From positions 214,858-278,857 of the forward strand of contig NIVC01001321.1 of NCBI GenBank assembly GCA_002269645.1: a stretch of 64,000 bases of DNA, read 5' to 3'. The position numbers and the translations under genes were made by a program. Shown here in pieces: positions 39,111 through 51,923 of the stretch. The first letter of the stretch is position 1, and every line of letters starts with the position of its first letter. The notes below the pieces were generated by a model. The model did no database searches and had not been told where the DNA came from. It saw only the letters and a list, made by a program, of their open reading frames with translations. Source of the stretch: Macrostomum lignano. Taxonomy: Eukaryota.

Positions 39111-42100
39111 CTAGCAATCTTTGCCCCCCGATGGGGGACATCTGGATAGAATCCTTGTTCTTTACAAATAACAAATAGACAGCAAAAAAAGCCTTCATAA
39201 AAAACAACAGACATTCCCTCTTAAAAACAAAACATCCCAAGACAGCAAGCATCCTCAGACAGCATTCAAACATCGATCCCCAAATAGCAAGCATCCCCCA
39301 GACTGCAAGCATCCCCCAGACTGCAAGCATCCCCCAGACTGCAAGCATCCCCCAGACTGCAAGCATCCCCCAGATAGCAAGCATCCCCCCGATAGAAAGC
39401 AACCCCAGATAGCAAGCATCCCCCCGATAGAAAGCAACCCCAGATAGCAAGCATCCCCCCGATAGAAAGCAACCCCAGATAGCAAGCATCCCCCCGATAG
39501 AAAGCAACCCCAGATAGCAAGCATCCCCCCGATAGAAAGCAACCCCAGATAGCAAGCATCCCCCAGATAGCAAGCATTCCCCCAGACCCCAGATAGTAAG
39601 CATCCCCCAGATAGCAAGCATCCCCCAGATAGCAAGCATTCCCCCAGACCCCAGATAGTAAGCATCCCCCAGATAGCAAGCATCCCCCAGATAGCAAGCA
39701 TCCCCCAGATAGCAAGCATCCCCCAGATAGCAAGCATTCCCCCAGACCCCAGATAGTAAGCATCCCCAGATAGCAAGCATCCCCCAGATAGCAAGCATCC
39801 CCAGATAGCAAGCATCCCCCAGATAGCAAGCATCCCCCAGATAGCAAGCATCCCCCAGATAGCAAGCATCCCCCAGATCGCAAGAATCCCCAGACAGCAA
39901 GCAAACCCTGATAGCAAGCATAACCTGGATACAAAGAGACCTTATAGATATCTAGCAACCCCCTCTCAGATAGCAAGTACTCTCCACCCCCAAGAGCAAG
40001 CATCCCCCTGATAGCAAGTATCCATCCTTAAATAGCAAGCATCCACCAGAGAACAAGTAGCTAGTGCAGCAATTTCCTTAGCTTTATAATGGTTCCATTT
40101 TGTTTGGCATGACACTTCTTTTATGTTTGAAATGGTGTCTCTTTTTTTAAAAAGGTGGCTCTTTAATGTTTGACATGGTGGCTCTTCTATGTTTGACATG
40201 GTAGCTCTTTTGTGTTTGACATGGTGGCTCTTTAATGTTTGACATGGTGGCTCTTCTATGTTTGACATGGTAGCTCTTTTGTGTTTGACATGGTGGCTCT
40301 TCTATATTTGACATGGTGTCTTCTATATTTGACGTGGTGGCTCTTTTGTGTTTGACATGATAGCTCTTTAATGTTTGACATGGTGGCTCTTCTTGTTTGA
40401 CATGGTAGCTCTTTATTGTTTGACATGGTGGCTCCCTTATGTGTGACATGGTGTCTTTTTTATGTTTAAGGTTTGACATGGAGTCATATATGTTTGACAT
40501 GGTGGCTCTTTTATGTGTTTTATCTCTTTTATGAGTAAACAAACAAGCTTTTTAATGTTTGACATGGTGGCTCAATAATGTTTTGACATGGTGGCTCAAT
40601 AATGTTTTGACATGGTCTCTCTTTTATGTTCAATGTTTGACATGGAGTCACATATATGTTTGACATAGTGGCTCTTTTATGTTTGAGAGGGTGGCTCTTT
40701 AATTTTCACCATGATGGCGCTTTAATGTTTGACATAGAGACACGTATAGTATATGTTTGACATGGTGGCTCTTTTATGTTCGAAATGGTGGCTCTTTTAT
40801 GTTCGACATGGTGGCTCTTTTTTGTTTGGCATGGTGGCTCTTTTATGTTTGACATGGTGGCTCTTTTATGTTTGACATGGTGGCTCTTTTATGTTCGACA
40901 TGGTGGCTCTTTTATGTTTGACATGGTGGCTCCTTTTTGTTGATATGATGGCTCTTTTATGTTCTACATGGTAACTCTTTTATGTTTGATACGGTGGCTT
41001 TTCAATGTCTGACATGGGGGCTCTTTAATGTTTGACATGGTGGCTCTTTAATGTTTGACATGGGGGCTCTTTAATGTTTGACATGGTGGCTCTTTAATGT
41101 TAGACAAAGTGGCTCTTAAATGTTTGACATGATGGCTCTTTTATGTTTGACATGGTGGCTCTCTAATGTTTGACATGGTGGCTCTTTAATGTTAGACAAA
41201 GTGGCTCTTAAATGTTTGACATGATGGCTCTTTTATGTTTGACATGGTGGCTCTTTAATGTTCGAAATGGTGGCTCTTTAATGTTCGAAATGGTGGCTCT
41301 TTTATGTTTGACATGGTGGCTCTTAAATGTTAGACATGGTGGCTCAATGTTCGACATGATGGCTCTTTAATGTTTGAAATGGTGGCTTTGTAATGTTAGA
41401 CATGGTGGCTTTGTAATGTTAGACATGGTGGCTCTTTAATTTTCGACATGGTGGCTCTTTAATGTTAGACATGGTGGCTCTTTAATGTTCGACATGGTGG
41501 CTCTTTAATGTTTGACATGGTGGCTCTTTAATGTTTGACATGGTGGCTCTTTAATGTTCGACATGGTGGCTCTTTAATGGTCGACATGGTGGCTCTTTAC
41601 TGGTCGACATGGTGGCTCTTTAATGTTTGACATTGTGCTTTTTTGTGTTTAGCATTTTGTGTTTTTAAGGTTTTTGAATAAAAAAATCTTTTTGCACTAC
41701 TAAGATTCGAACCCAGATCGCTGCATTAGCAGTCCAGTCTGTTCGCATCTATGCTATCTCTTTTCAATTGGAGATCATGAATTGTGGCCCTTATAATTAA
41801 ATTCTTATAGCAAATCGGTTAGAGTAAAAAGTTATGACATAATCAATTTCTTAGTCAGCCAGTATCAGTGTCAATTCAAGTTAGCAATATTGTTACGCAA
41901 TTTAAATCAAGTTTTGTGTGCATTTGTTCGGCACTGTTTTCAACTGGTTGTGATGTAATCTTTATCACAATTGGAATTCAGTCAGTCAGTTTTTTCTCTA
42001 GCATTCTTACAATGCATTTCAGGTCGAAAGAGCTGCTTGACCTTTGCAAAAAAGCATGTTTTTCGAATATTTAATCCCTTTAATATTGAGCAATTTCTTA

Positions 42101-42227
42101 GCCAGGATGCATGTACCGTGCCAGGAAAATTTCTGATCAAATGGTGCAAGTTTGAAGAAAATCGGTTAAACCAATTTTTCTGAAATCTATCGCATACCGA
42201 CAGACAACTCATTTTCAGTATATTGGA
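39111..42227 (-). mobile_element. Helitron-like unit H2, nested in H1 at an A|T site
   Basis: A|CTAG + hairpin at 39111; ends ...CAGTATATTGGA|T at 42227; rejoined flanks restore the H1 terminus. Confidence 0.8.
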
Positions 42228-42273
42228 TTTTTAGTATATAAAGGAGAAGATAGGAAGATTTAGTATATGTAGA

Positions 42274-44277
42274 CTAGCAATCAGCGCCCCCCGTTGGGGA
42301 GCCAAAAAAATGCAGTACAAGTTTTTTTTAATAAACTACATGTAAGCGTCTCTTTGCATTATAGTTTGTAAGCCTTGACATGTCAGAAAATCCCCCCACA
42401 AGCCTTAGCATATCAACCCCCTTGACATCTTAGCAATGCCCCATAAGCCTTGAAATCTTAAAAAATCTGTCAACCTTTTAACCCTAACCCTAACCCTAAC
42501 CCTAAAGCATTGACATTTCAGTAATTCTCTCCAACAGTCATTATAGCACTACAGCATTATAGCGATTCCCTGCAAGCCTCGACATCGTAGGGATTCCCAA
42601 ATGAATCTCTTAACTTCGACATGAAGCTTCTTTTATTTTTTACATTACGCTTTTTCTATCAGCGATCCCTCCCGTGAGCCAACAAATAATGAAAAAAAGT
42701 TTTCAATATACTACATGTAGCTTGACTTTAGCCTTGACATCTCATTTATTCCCCCATGAGCCTTGACATCTCAGCTATCCCCCCGTAAGCCTTGACATGT
42801 CAGCTATGGCCCCCATAAACCTTGAAATCTAAAAAATCCCCTGTTAACCTTGAAACCCGCTAAAATATAACCCTCAACCCAAACCTGACCTAAACCTAAC
42901 TTTAACCCAACCTAAAGCCTTGAAATCTCAGCAATTCTTCTCCCCTAAGCCTTGACATTTTAGTGATTCCTTCTTCAAGAATCACAGCACTATAACGATT
43001 CCCTCCAAGCCTTGACATCGTAGCAATTCCCAAATGAATCTTTTAACTTCGACATGACTCTTCTTTTATGTATACATAGTGCTTCTTTTCTTTTTTACAT
43101 GACTCTTCTTCTATCAGCGCCCCCCGTGGCGAGCCAACAAAGAATGTAATAAAAAAATTGAGTAAAGTACATGTACTTTGAAGTAGTTTCTGACTTTTGC
43201 TTTGACAGCTCAAACCCCCCCGTAATCTCAGTTTTTCTCCGTAAGCCTTGACATCTCAGTAAGTCTCCCCAGCACAGCACAATAGCTTCATTTAATTTTT
43301 ACATGACACTTCTTTCAGGTCTGACATGACGCTTCGTTTGATTTTTACATGACGCTTCTTTTATTCTTCCATGACGCTTCTATGATATCTCAAATGACAC
43401 TTCCATTAGTTTTTATATAAGGCTTTTTTAAAATGACGCTTCTATGATTGTTTACATGACGCTTCTATGATTGTTTATATGACGCTTCTATGATTGTTTA
43501 TGTGACGCTTTTATGATTTTTTACATGACGCTTCTATGATTTTTTTCATGACGCTTCTATGATTGTTTATATGACGCTTCTATGATTGTTTACATGACGC
43601 TTCGATGATTGTTTACATGACGCTTCTATGATTTTTTACATGACGCTTCTATGCCTTTTTAAATGACGCCTTTTGTCCTTTATTTGTCCTTTAATAAAAG
43701 CTTTTAATAAAAAACTTTTCACTACTAAGATTCGAACCCAGGTCGCTGCATTTGCAGTCCAGTCTGTTCACATCTAGGCTAGCTTTTATCGAATTTATAA
43801 ATGAAATTGTAGCACTTATATAATTTAGCACTCACTCACGAAGCAGTTATGACATAATCAATTTCCCAGGCAAGTCAGTATCAGTCTCAATTTAAGTTGA
43901 CAATATGGTTACGCAATCTAAATCACGTCTGGTGCTACGCTTCCACACTGCATTTTCAATACTGTGACGCAATTCAAGTTGGAGTTACAATTCAGTTATG
44001 ATGCAATCTATTTCAGAATCAGAATTCAACCAGTCAGTTTTTTTCTAGCATTCTTACAATGCATTTCAAGTCGAAAAGTTTGCTTGACCTTTGCAAAAAA
44101 GCATGTTTTTCGAGTATTTAATGCCTTTAGCATCAAGCAATTTCTTAGCCAAGACACATGTACCGTCACGGGAAAATTTCTGATCGAACAGTGCAAGTCT
44201 CATGAAAATCGGTTAAGCCATTTTTTCTCTAATCGATTACAAGCAAGCAAGCAAGATTTTCATTTTTAGTATATGGA
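42274..44277 (-). mobile_element. Helitron-like unit H3 (second subfamily)
   Basis: GA|CTAGCAATCAGCGCCCCCCGTTGGGG start; AGCCTTGACATCTCAG repeats; variant 23-bp array at 43290-43680; ends TTTTAGTATATGGA. Confidence 0.75.
42479..42505 (-). repeat. Interstitial telomeric repeat, (TAACCC)4 on + = (TTAGGG)n on -
   Basis: Four perfect units; degenerate copy at ~42870-42915. Confidence 0.85.
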
Positions 44278-47200
44278 CTAGCCAATTCCAACCCCCGTTG
44301 GGGCTTTCCGTTCAAACTCCAATCACAGTTTTCCCCATTCACAAAATCCCGATGCAAAAAATCTCACATGCAAAGAATCCCCTATCCAAAGAACCCCCAA
44401 TCGATAGAATCACCGATCCGAGGAATTCCCCTTTCAAGGAATCCTCCCATCTGAAGAACTCCCCATCCAATGAATCCCCTACTCAAGAAATCCCCATCCA
44501 CAGAATCCCCATCCAAAGAATCCTCCATCCATCCATATCCAAAGAATCCCCCAAATAATTCATATCATAATCCCCATCCACAAAATCCCCATCCAAAGAA
44601 TCCAAAGAATCTCCCATCCAAATAATCCCCCCCCCCCTATTAATAGAATTATTGATCAAAGAATTTCCTCATCTAAAGAACCCCGTCCATTCTAAAGAAC
44701 TCTTTAGAAATTATTTCTTTTTAAAGAATTCTTTCCATTCTAAAGAACCCCCGTCCAAATATCCCCCATCAAAATAATCCTTTATTTAAAGAATCCCCGA
44801 TTCAAAAAATCCTCCATCGAAACAATGCCCCATCGAAGGAATTCCTCAATGAATCAAAGATATACATTAAAAGCATCCCTCATCCAAAGAATCATCAATC
44901 CATAGAATTTCCCCCAAGACTTACAATCTCAGTCATTCCGCCAAGCCTCAACACCTCAGAAATTTCCCCCAAGCATTGACATCTCAGCAATCCCGCCCCA
45001 AGCCTTGACATCTCAGAAATTCCCCAAGCCTTGACATCTGAACAAGTCCCTCTTAAGCCTTGGCATCTCAGCAATTCCTCGACGGCGACAAGATTAGACA
45101 TCTCAGCAATTTACCCCCCCCCCCTAAGACTTGACATCTCAGCAATTCTCCTCACAAGCCTTGGCATCTCAGCAAGTCTCTCTTTAGGTAAGATTTTATA
45201 TACATGTATCTTAATAATTCCCCTGTAAATCTTGACATCTTAGAATTCTCTTCCGAGCAAGCATCCCCCAAGAGCAAGCGTCCTTCTGATAGCAAGCATC
45301 CCTTGATAGAAAGTACCCCCAGCAAGATTAGTGAAACAATTTCCTCAGCTAGCCAATTCCAACCCCCGTTGGGGCTTTTCGTCCAAACTCCAACCACAGT
45401 TTTCCTACACAATAAAATTACACCCAACTGAATCTCCCATATAAAGAATCTCCCATCCAAAGAATCCAACACCCATAAAATCCACGATACAAAGAATCTC
45501 ACATGCAAAGAATCCGCCATCCAAAAACCTCCCATCGATAGAATCCCCTATCCGAAGACTCATCTAAAGAATCCCCGTCCAAACAATCCCATATCCAAAA
45601 GGATCCCTTTATCGAATGAATCCTTCATCTAAAGAATCCCCCATTCAAAGAACCCTCCATTGAAAGAATCCCCCATCGAAGGAATTTCCCAATGAATCAC
45701 CTATCCAAAGATATCCATTAGAAGCAGCCCTTGTGGAAAGAATCTCCAATCCATAGAATTCCCCCCAAGAATTGACATCTCAACAATTCCCCCCAAGCCT
45801 TGACACCTTAGTAATTCTCTCTTAAGCTTTATTATCTCAGAAATTCGCTCTCAAGATCTGAAATTTCAGGAATTCCCCCCTCCCAAGACTTGACGTCTCA
45901 GCAGTGCTCCAAGTAAGCCTTTGTATCTCAGTGATTCTCCCAGTAAGTTTTTACATCTTAGCAATTTCTCCCCGTCCAAAGCCTTGCTATCTCAGCAGTT
46001 CCCCCTTAATCTTTGAAATCTCAGCAATTCCCCTCCCTCAAGACTTGACATTTTAGAAATTCCCCCATGCCAGCAGTTCCCCCATTAAGCCTTTATATCT
46101 CAGAAATCCCCCCCAAGCCTTAACATCTCAGTGATTCCCCCAGTAAGTCTTCGCATCTTAGCAATTTCTCCTCGTCCAAAGCCCTGACATCTCAGCGATT
46201 CCCCCCCCACAACTTGACACCTCAGAAATTCCCCCACGGCTTGAAATCTCAGCAATTTCCTCTTAAGCCTTGACATCTCAAAAATTCCCCTAGTAAGCCT
46301 GCATATCTGAATAATTCCCCAGTATGTCTTGACATCTTAGCAATCTCCCCCGAGCAAGCATCCCTCCCCTAAGAGCAAGCGTCCTTCCGATAGCAAGCAT
46401 CCGCTGATAGAAAGTACCCCAAGCGAGATAGTAAAACAATTTCCTCAGCTAGTACAATAATTAATGTCTTATCTATTTTTTATTAGAGGCAGGGGGGTTG
46501 TGTGCACCCTGGCGCAATTTAAGCGTCAATATTGGCACACAACCGGCAAGAGGCATTACTGCCCATTCCGCCGACTCCCCTGAGCAGGCACACAAGCGCG
46601 CGGATACGTTACGCAGGCACACACTCACACAGGAGTGTACAGCGGCCCTAACTTTATCAATTGTTAGGCATGTACACTTCACTGCGCCTTGGGGGGGGGG
46701 TTGGCTCTCAAGGCCGTTAATTGCACAAGCGAGCCAAGCCAAGATTCCAATCCAGCCCCAAATTAATGTGGCTGCACTTGGAATCGAGCCTGGGTCGCGG
46801 CACACCAGAGCAGCTGCGCTACCGCTGGGCTACGGCCCCCTAATGTCTTACCTAGTGCAATAATCCTTTTTAAAATTGAAAGTTTAATAAAAATTTTTGA
46901 ATATACTACATGAACGCTCGTAGCTTCTTCTCTTTTACTTGATTTACTTGACGTTTTTTTAAGTTTCCTTTAACTGTCTTGAAATTTAAATTTTTAATAA
47001 AAAACTTTTACAATCTAAAAATTCGAACCCACGTCGCTGCATTAGCAGTTCAGTCTGTTCACCTCTAGGCTAGCTCTCATTGCTTTCATAACATGAATTT
47101 TAGCACTTATAATATATAATTCAACACTGAAAACTCCAAGCATAGGATAGAAATCACTCGAAACAGTCAGTTTCAATTATTAAAGTCAACAATTAATTAA

Positions 47201-47965
47201 AGTCAACAATATGGTTACGCAATCTAAATCTAAATCAAATGGCGCTGGCTTGAATTGTGGAGTTGCGATAAAGTAGGGTTTGCGATATGGGAGAGTGTAC
47301 AATGAGTATATAAAGTAAAAAGCATAGAAATCTTCTTTTCAATGCTGTGATTTTAATTTTTCGAATTTCAGCAAACAAATTATGTTCCCGAACTCAGCGT
47401 TTCTAGCTCTTTCCAGTAATACAAGGCTCTCTTCTGAAAGTAAAAAACTCGAAGCACAAACAACGGTTGAACATTCCTGCTTTAAAGTATTCAAATTCAA
47501 AAGGTGTACATTCAGCGCCAGCTACAGTGAGAGGCCTGCAAGTTGATGCATTGAAATTAACAACCAAGCCAATGCCCAGGACTAATTGAATAACGACACC
47601 CGCCCCTCAATTTCAATAACTTAAAGGTGTTGTGCAACCTTTCAACGCTTGTAGCTCTCCACGCGAGTGTAGAGAACCAATGCTATAGTTGGCACTGAGT
47701 TATGATGCAATACAATTCCATCGGCAGTCAGACTGCTTCTCAATCGGAAAGAACTGTTTGAACTTAAAAAACTTGGCGAAAAATCGAGTTTTTCGAATAT
47801 TTAAGCCCGAAAAAATGAAGCAATTTCTTAGAAAAATTTTATGTACCTGCGCACCATCAATACGCATCGAATGCAGAAGACCCCAGGAAATTCCGACCAC
47901 GCAAAGTCAAGTTAAACGACGGTTCCTATAGATAGGTACATAGTTTTGATTTTTAGTATATTGGA
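44278..47965 (-). mobile_element. Helitron-like unit H4 (third subfamily; duplicated 3' module; contains the SINE)
   Basis: GA|CTAGCCAATTCCAACCCCCGTTGGGG start; AAAGAATCCCC and AGCCTTGACATCTCAG repeats; ends TTTTAGTATATTGGA. Confidence 0.75.
46472..46840 (-). mobile_element. Full-length tRNA-head SINE with 10-bp TSD (TAATGTCTTA)
   Basis: TSD at 46462-46471 and 46841-46850; A-box TAGCCCAGCGG (46832-46822); B-box GGCTCGATTCC (46790-46780); A-rich tail AATAAAAAA. Confidence 0.85.
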
Positions 47966-50900
47966 CTAGCCAATTCCAACCCCCGTTGGGGCTTTCCGTC
48001 AGAACTCCTACCAAAGTTTTCTCACGCAAAAGAAATTCACCCAACTGAACCCCCCCCCCCCATCCAAAGAATCTCTAATCCATAAAGTCCCTGATGCAAA
48101 TAATCTCACGTGCAAAAAACCCTCATCCAAAGAATCCCATACAAAGAACCCCCCATCGACAGAATCCCCGATCCGAAGAATTCCCCATTCAAGGAATCCT
48201 CTATCTGTAGAATTCCCTATTTAATGAATCGCCCATCCATAGAATCTCACATGCAAAGAATACCAATCCTTCCCGTCCCATCCCCATCCCATCCCATTGA
48301 TAGAATCCCCGATCCGAAGAATTCCCCATTCAAGGAATCCTCCCATCTGAAGAATTCCCCGTCCAATAAATCCCTTATTCAAGAAATCCCTCATCCACAG
48401 AAACCCTCTATCCAAAGAATCCCCCCACCCATCCCTATCCAAAGAATCGCCCATCCATCCCTATCTAAACAATCCCCCATCCATCCCTATCCCAAGAATC
48501 CTCCTATTCATCCCTATCCAAATAATTTCCCCATCCATTCCTATCTAAATAATCACCTTAACCATCCATATCCAAAAAATTCCTTCTCCAAAAAATCCCC
48601 CTCTAAATAATTCACATCCTTAAATAATCCCCCATCAAAAGCATAATTGGCCAAAGAATCCAGAATCCCCTCATCTAAAGAACCCCCGTTCAAATAACAC
48701 CCATCTAAAGAATCATTCATCTAAAGAATCCCCCATTCAAAAAACCCTCAATCGAAACAATGCCCCACCGAAGAAATTGCCCAATGAATCACCTATTCAA
48801 ATTTATCCATTAGAAGCATCCCTCATCCAAAGAATCATCAATCCATAGAATTCCCCCAAGACTTAACATCTCAGCAATTTCCCCAAGCCTCGACACCTCA
48901 GAAATTTTCCCCAAGCATTGACATCTAAGCAATTCCGGCGCAAGCCTTGACATGTTACCAATTTCTCCCCGTCCAAAGCCTTGACATCTCAGTAATTCCC
49001 CTCCCCAAGCCTTGATATCTCAGTAATTCTCCCAGTAAGCCTTCATATCTCAGTAATTCCTCCAGTAAGTCTTGACATCTTAGCGATTCCCCTCCCCGAG
49101 ACTTAAGACCTCAGCAATTCCTTTTTAAGCCTTCACACCTCAGCAATTCCCCCCACAAGCCTTGGCATCTCAGCAAGTCCCACTTAAGCCTTCACATGTC
49201 ATTAATTTCCCAAGGTAAGATTTTATACATGTATCTCAATAATTCCCCTTGTAAATCTTGACATCTTAAAATTCTCTTCCGAGCAAGCATACCCCAAGAG
49301 CAAGCGTCCTTCCGATAGCAAGCAACCCCTGATAGAAAGTACCCCCAGCAAGATTAATGAAGCAATTTCCTCAGCTAGCCAATTCCAACTCCCGTTGAGG
49401 CTTTCCGTCCAAACTCCAGCCACAGTTTTCCCACGCAATAAAATTTCACCCAACTGAATCTCCCATACAAAGAATCCCTCATCCAAAGAATACACCACCC
49501 ATAAAATCCACGATGCAAAGAATCTCACATGCAAAGAATCCGCCATCCAAAAAACCTCCCATCGATAGAATCACCGATCCGAAGAATTCCCCATTCAAGG
49601 AGTTCTCCTATCTGAAGAATTGCCCATCCTTAGAATCTTACATGCAGAGAATCCCCATCCAAAGAACCCCCATCGATAGAATCCCCGATCCGAAGAATCC
49701 CCCTATCCATCCCTATCCAAAAAATCCTCGACCTCCATCCATATCAAAAAATCTCCCATCCAAAGAACCCCTATCAATAGAATCCCGGATCCAAAGAATT
49801 CCCCATTCAAGGAATTCTCCTATCTGAAGAATTTCCCATCCAATGCATTGCCCATCCATAACATCTCACATGCAAAGAATCCCCTTCAAAAGAATCCCTA
49901 TTAAAAGAGTCCCTCATTCACAGAGTCCCCATCGAAAGAATCCCCCACCCATCCATATCCAAAGAATCCCCCACCCATCCATATCCAAAGAATCTCCCAC
50001 CCATCCATATCCAAAGAATCCCCCACCCATCCATATCCAAAGAATCCCCCACCCATCCATATCCAAAGAATCCCCACCCATCCAAATCCAAAGAATCCCC
50101 CACCCATCCATATCCAAAGAATCCCCCACCCATCCATATCCAAAGAATCCCCCCCACCCATCTATATCCAAAGAATCCCCCTCCCATCCATATCCAAAGA
50201 AACCCCCCACCCATCCATATCCAAAGAATCCCCCATCCATCCCTATCGAAAAAATTCCCCTATTTATCCCTATCCAAAGAATCCTCCTATCCATCCCCAT
50301 CCATTCCTAACTAAAGAATCTCCCTCCAAAAAATCCCCATGCAAATAATCCACGTCCAAATAATCCCCATCCACAGAATCTCCATCCACATTATCCATTG
50401 ATTCTCCCATCAAAAGAATAATTGGCCAAATAATACCCTCATCTAAAAAAACCCGTTCAAAAAACTTTACGTCCAAATAATCCCCATCAACAGAATCCCC
50501 CATTCAAGGAATCCAAAGAAACTCCCATCCAAATAATCCGCCCATGAATAGAATTCTTGGCCAAAGAATCCCCTCATCTCCTCGAGATATCCATTAGAAG
50601 CATCTCTCGTTCAAAGATTCCCCGATCCATAGAATTCCTCCCCAAGACTTAACATCTCAGCAATTCCCACCAAGCCCTGACACCTCAGAAATTCCCTCCA
50701 AGCCTTGACATCTCAGCAATTCACTCTTAAGCCTTGGCATCTCAGTAATTCTCTCAGCAAGCCCTTATATCTCAGTAATTCCCCCAGTAAGTCTTGACAT
50801 CTCAGCAATTCCCCTCACGTCTTGATATCTCAGCAATTCCCTCTTAGCCTTGGCATCTCAGTTTAATATTTTTTTTGAATATAATACTCGTAGCTTCTCT

Positions 50901-51923
50901 TCTACCTGATTTACCTGACGTTTTTTTAGTTTTCTTTAGCTAAAAAGTTTAAAATTAATTTTTTTAATAAAATACTTCTACAATTTAAAAATTCGAACCC
51001 ACGTCGCTGCATTAGCAGGTCAGTCTGTTTACCTCTAGGCTATCTCTCAATGCTTTGATAACATAAATTGTAGCACTTACATAATTCAACACTTTCAAAA
51101 CTCCACGCACAGAGTAAATCACACGAAGCAGTTATGACATAATTTCTCAGCCAGTCTGTATCAGTTTCAAATAAAGTCACCAATATGGTTACGCAATCTA
51201 AATCTAAATTCAATGGCGCTGGCTTGAATTGTGGAGTTGCGATAAAGTAGGGGTTTGCGATATGGGAGAGTGTACAATGAGTATATAAAGTAAAATTCAA
51301 AGGAATCTTCTTTTTAATGCTGTGCTTTTAATTTTTCGAATCTAAGCAAAGAAATTATTCCCAAACTCAGCGTTTCAAGCTCTTTCTAGCAATACAAGGC
51401 TCTCTTCTGAAAGTAAAAAACTCGAAGCACAAACAATGATTGAACATTCCTGCTTTAAAGCATTCAAATTCATAAGGCGTACATTCAGCGCCAGCTACAG
51501 TGAGAGGCCTGCAAGTTGATGCATTGAAATTAACAACCAAGCCAGCCCATGAATAATTGAATAGCGACACCCGCCCCTCAATTAAAATGTGTTGCGCAAC
51601 CTTTCAACGCTTGTAGCTCTCCACGCGAGTGTGGAGAACCAATGCTATAGTTGGCACTGAGTTATGATGCAATACAATTCCATCGGCCGGCAGACTGCTT
51701 CTCAATCGGAAAGAACTGTTTGAACTTAAAAAACTTGGCGAAAAATCGAGTTTTTCGAATATTTAAGCCCGAAAAAATGAAGCAATTTCTTAGAAAAATT
51801 TTGTGTACCTGCGCACCATCAATACGCATCGAATGCAGAAAACCCCACGAAATTCCGACCATGTAGAGTCAAGTTAAGCGAAGGTTCGTATAGGTACATA
51901 GTTTTGATTTTTAGTATATTGGA
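47966..51923 (-). mobile_element. Helitron-like unit H5 (same subfamily as H4)
   Basis: Same termini as H4; 50990-51923 closely matches 47020-47965. Confidence 0.75.
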
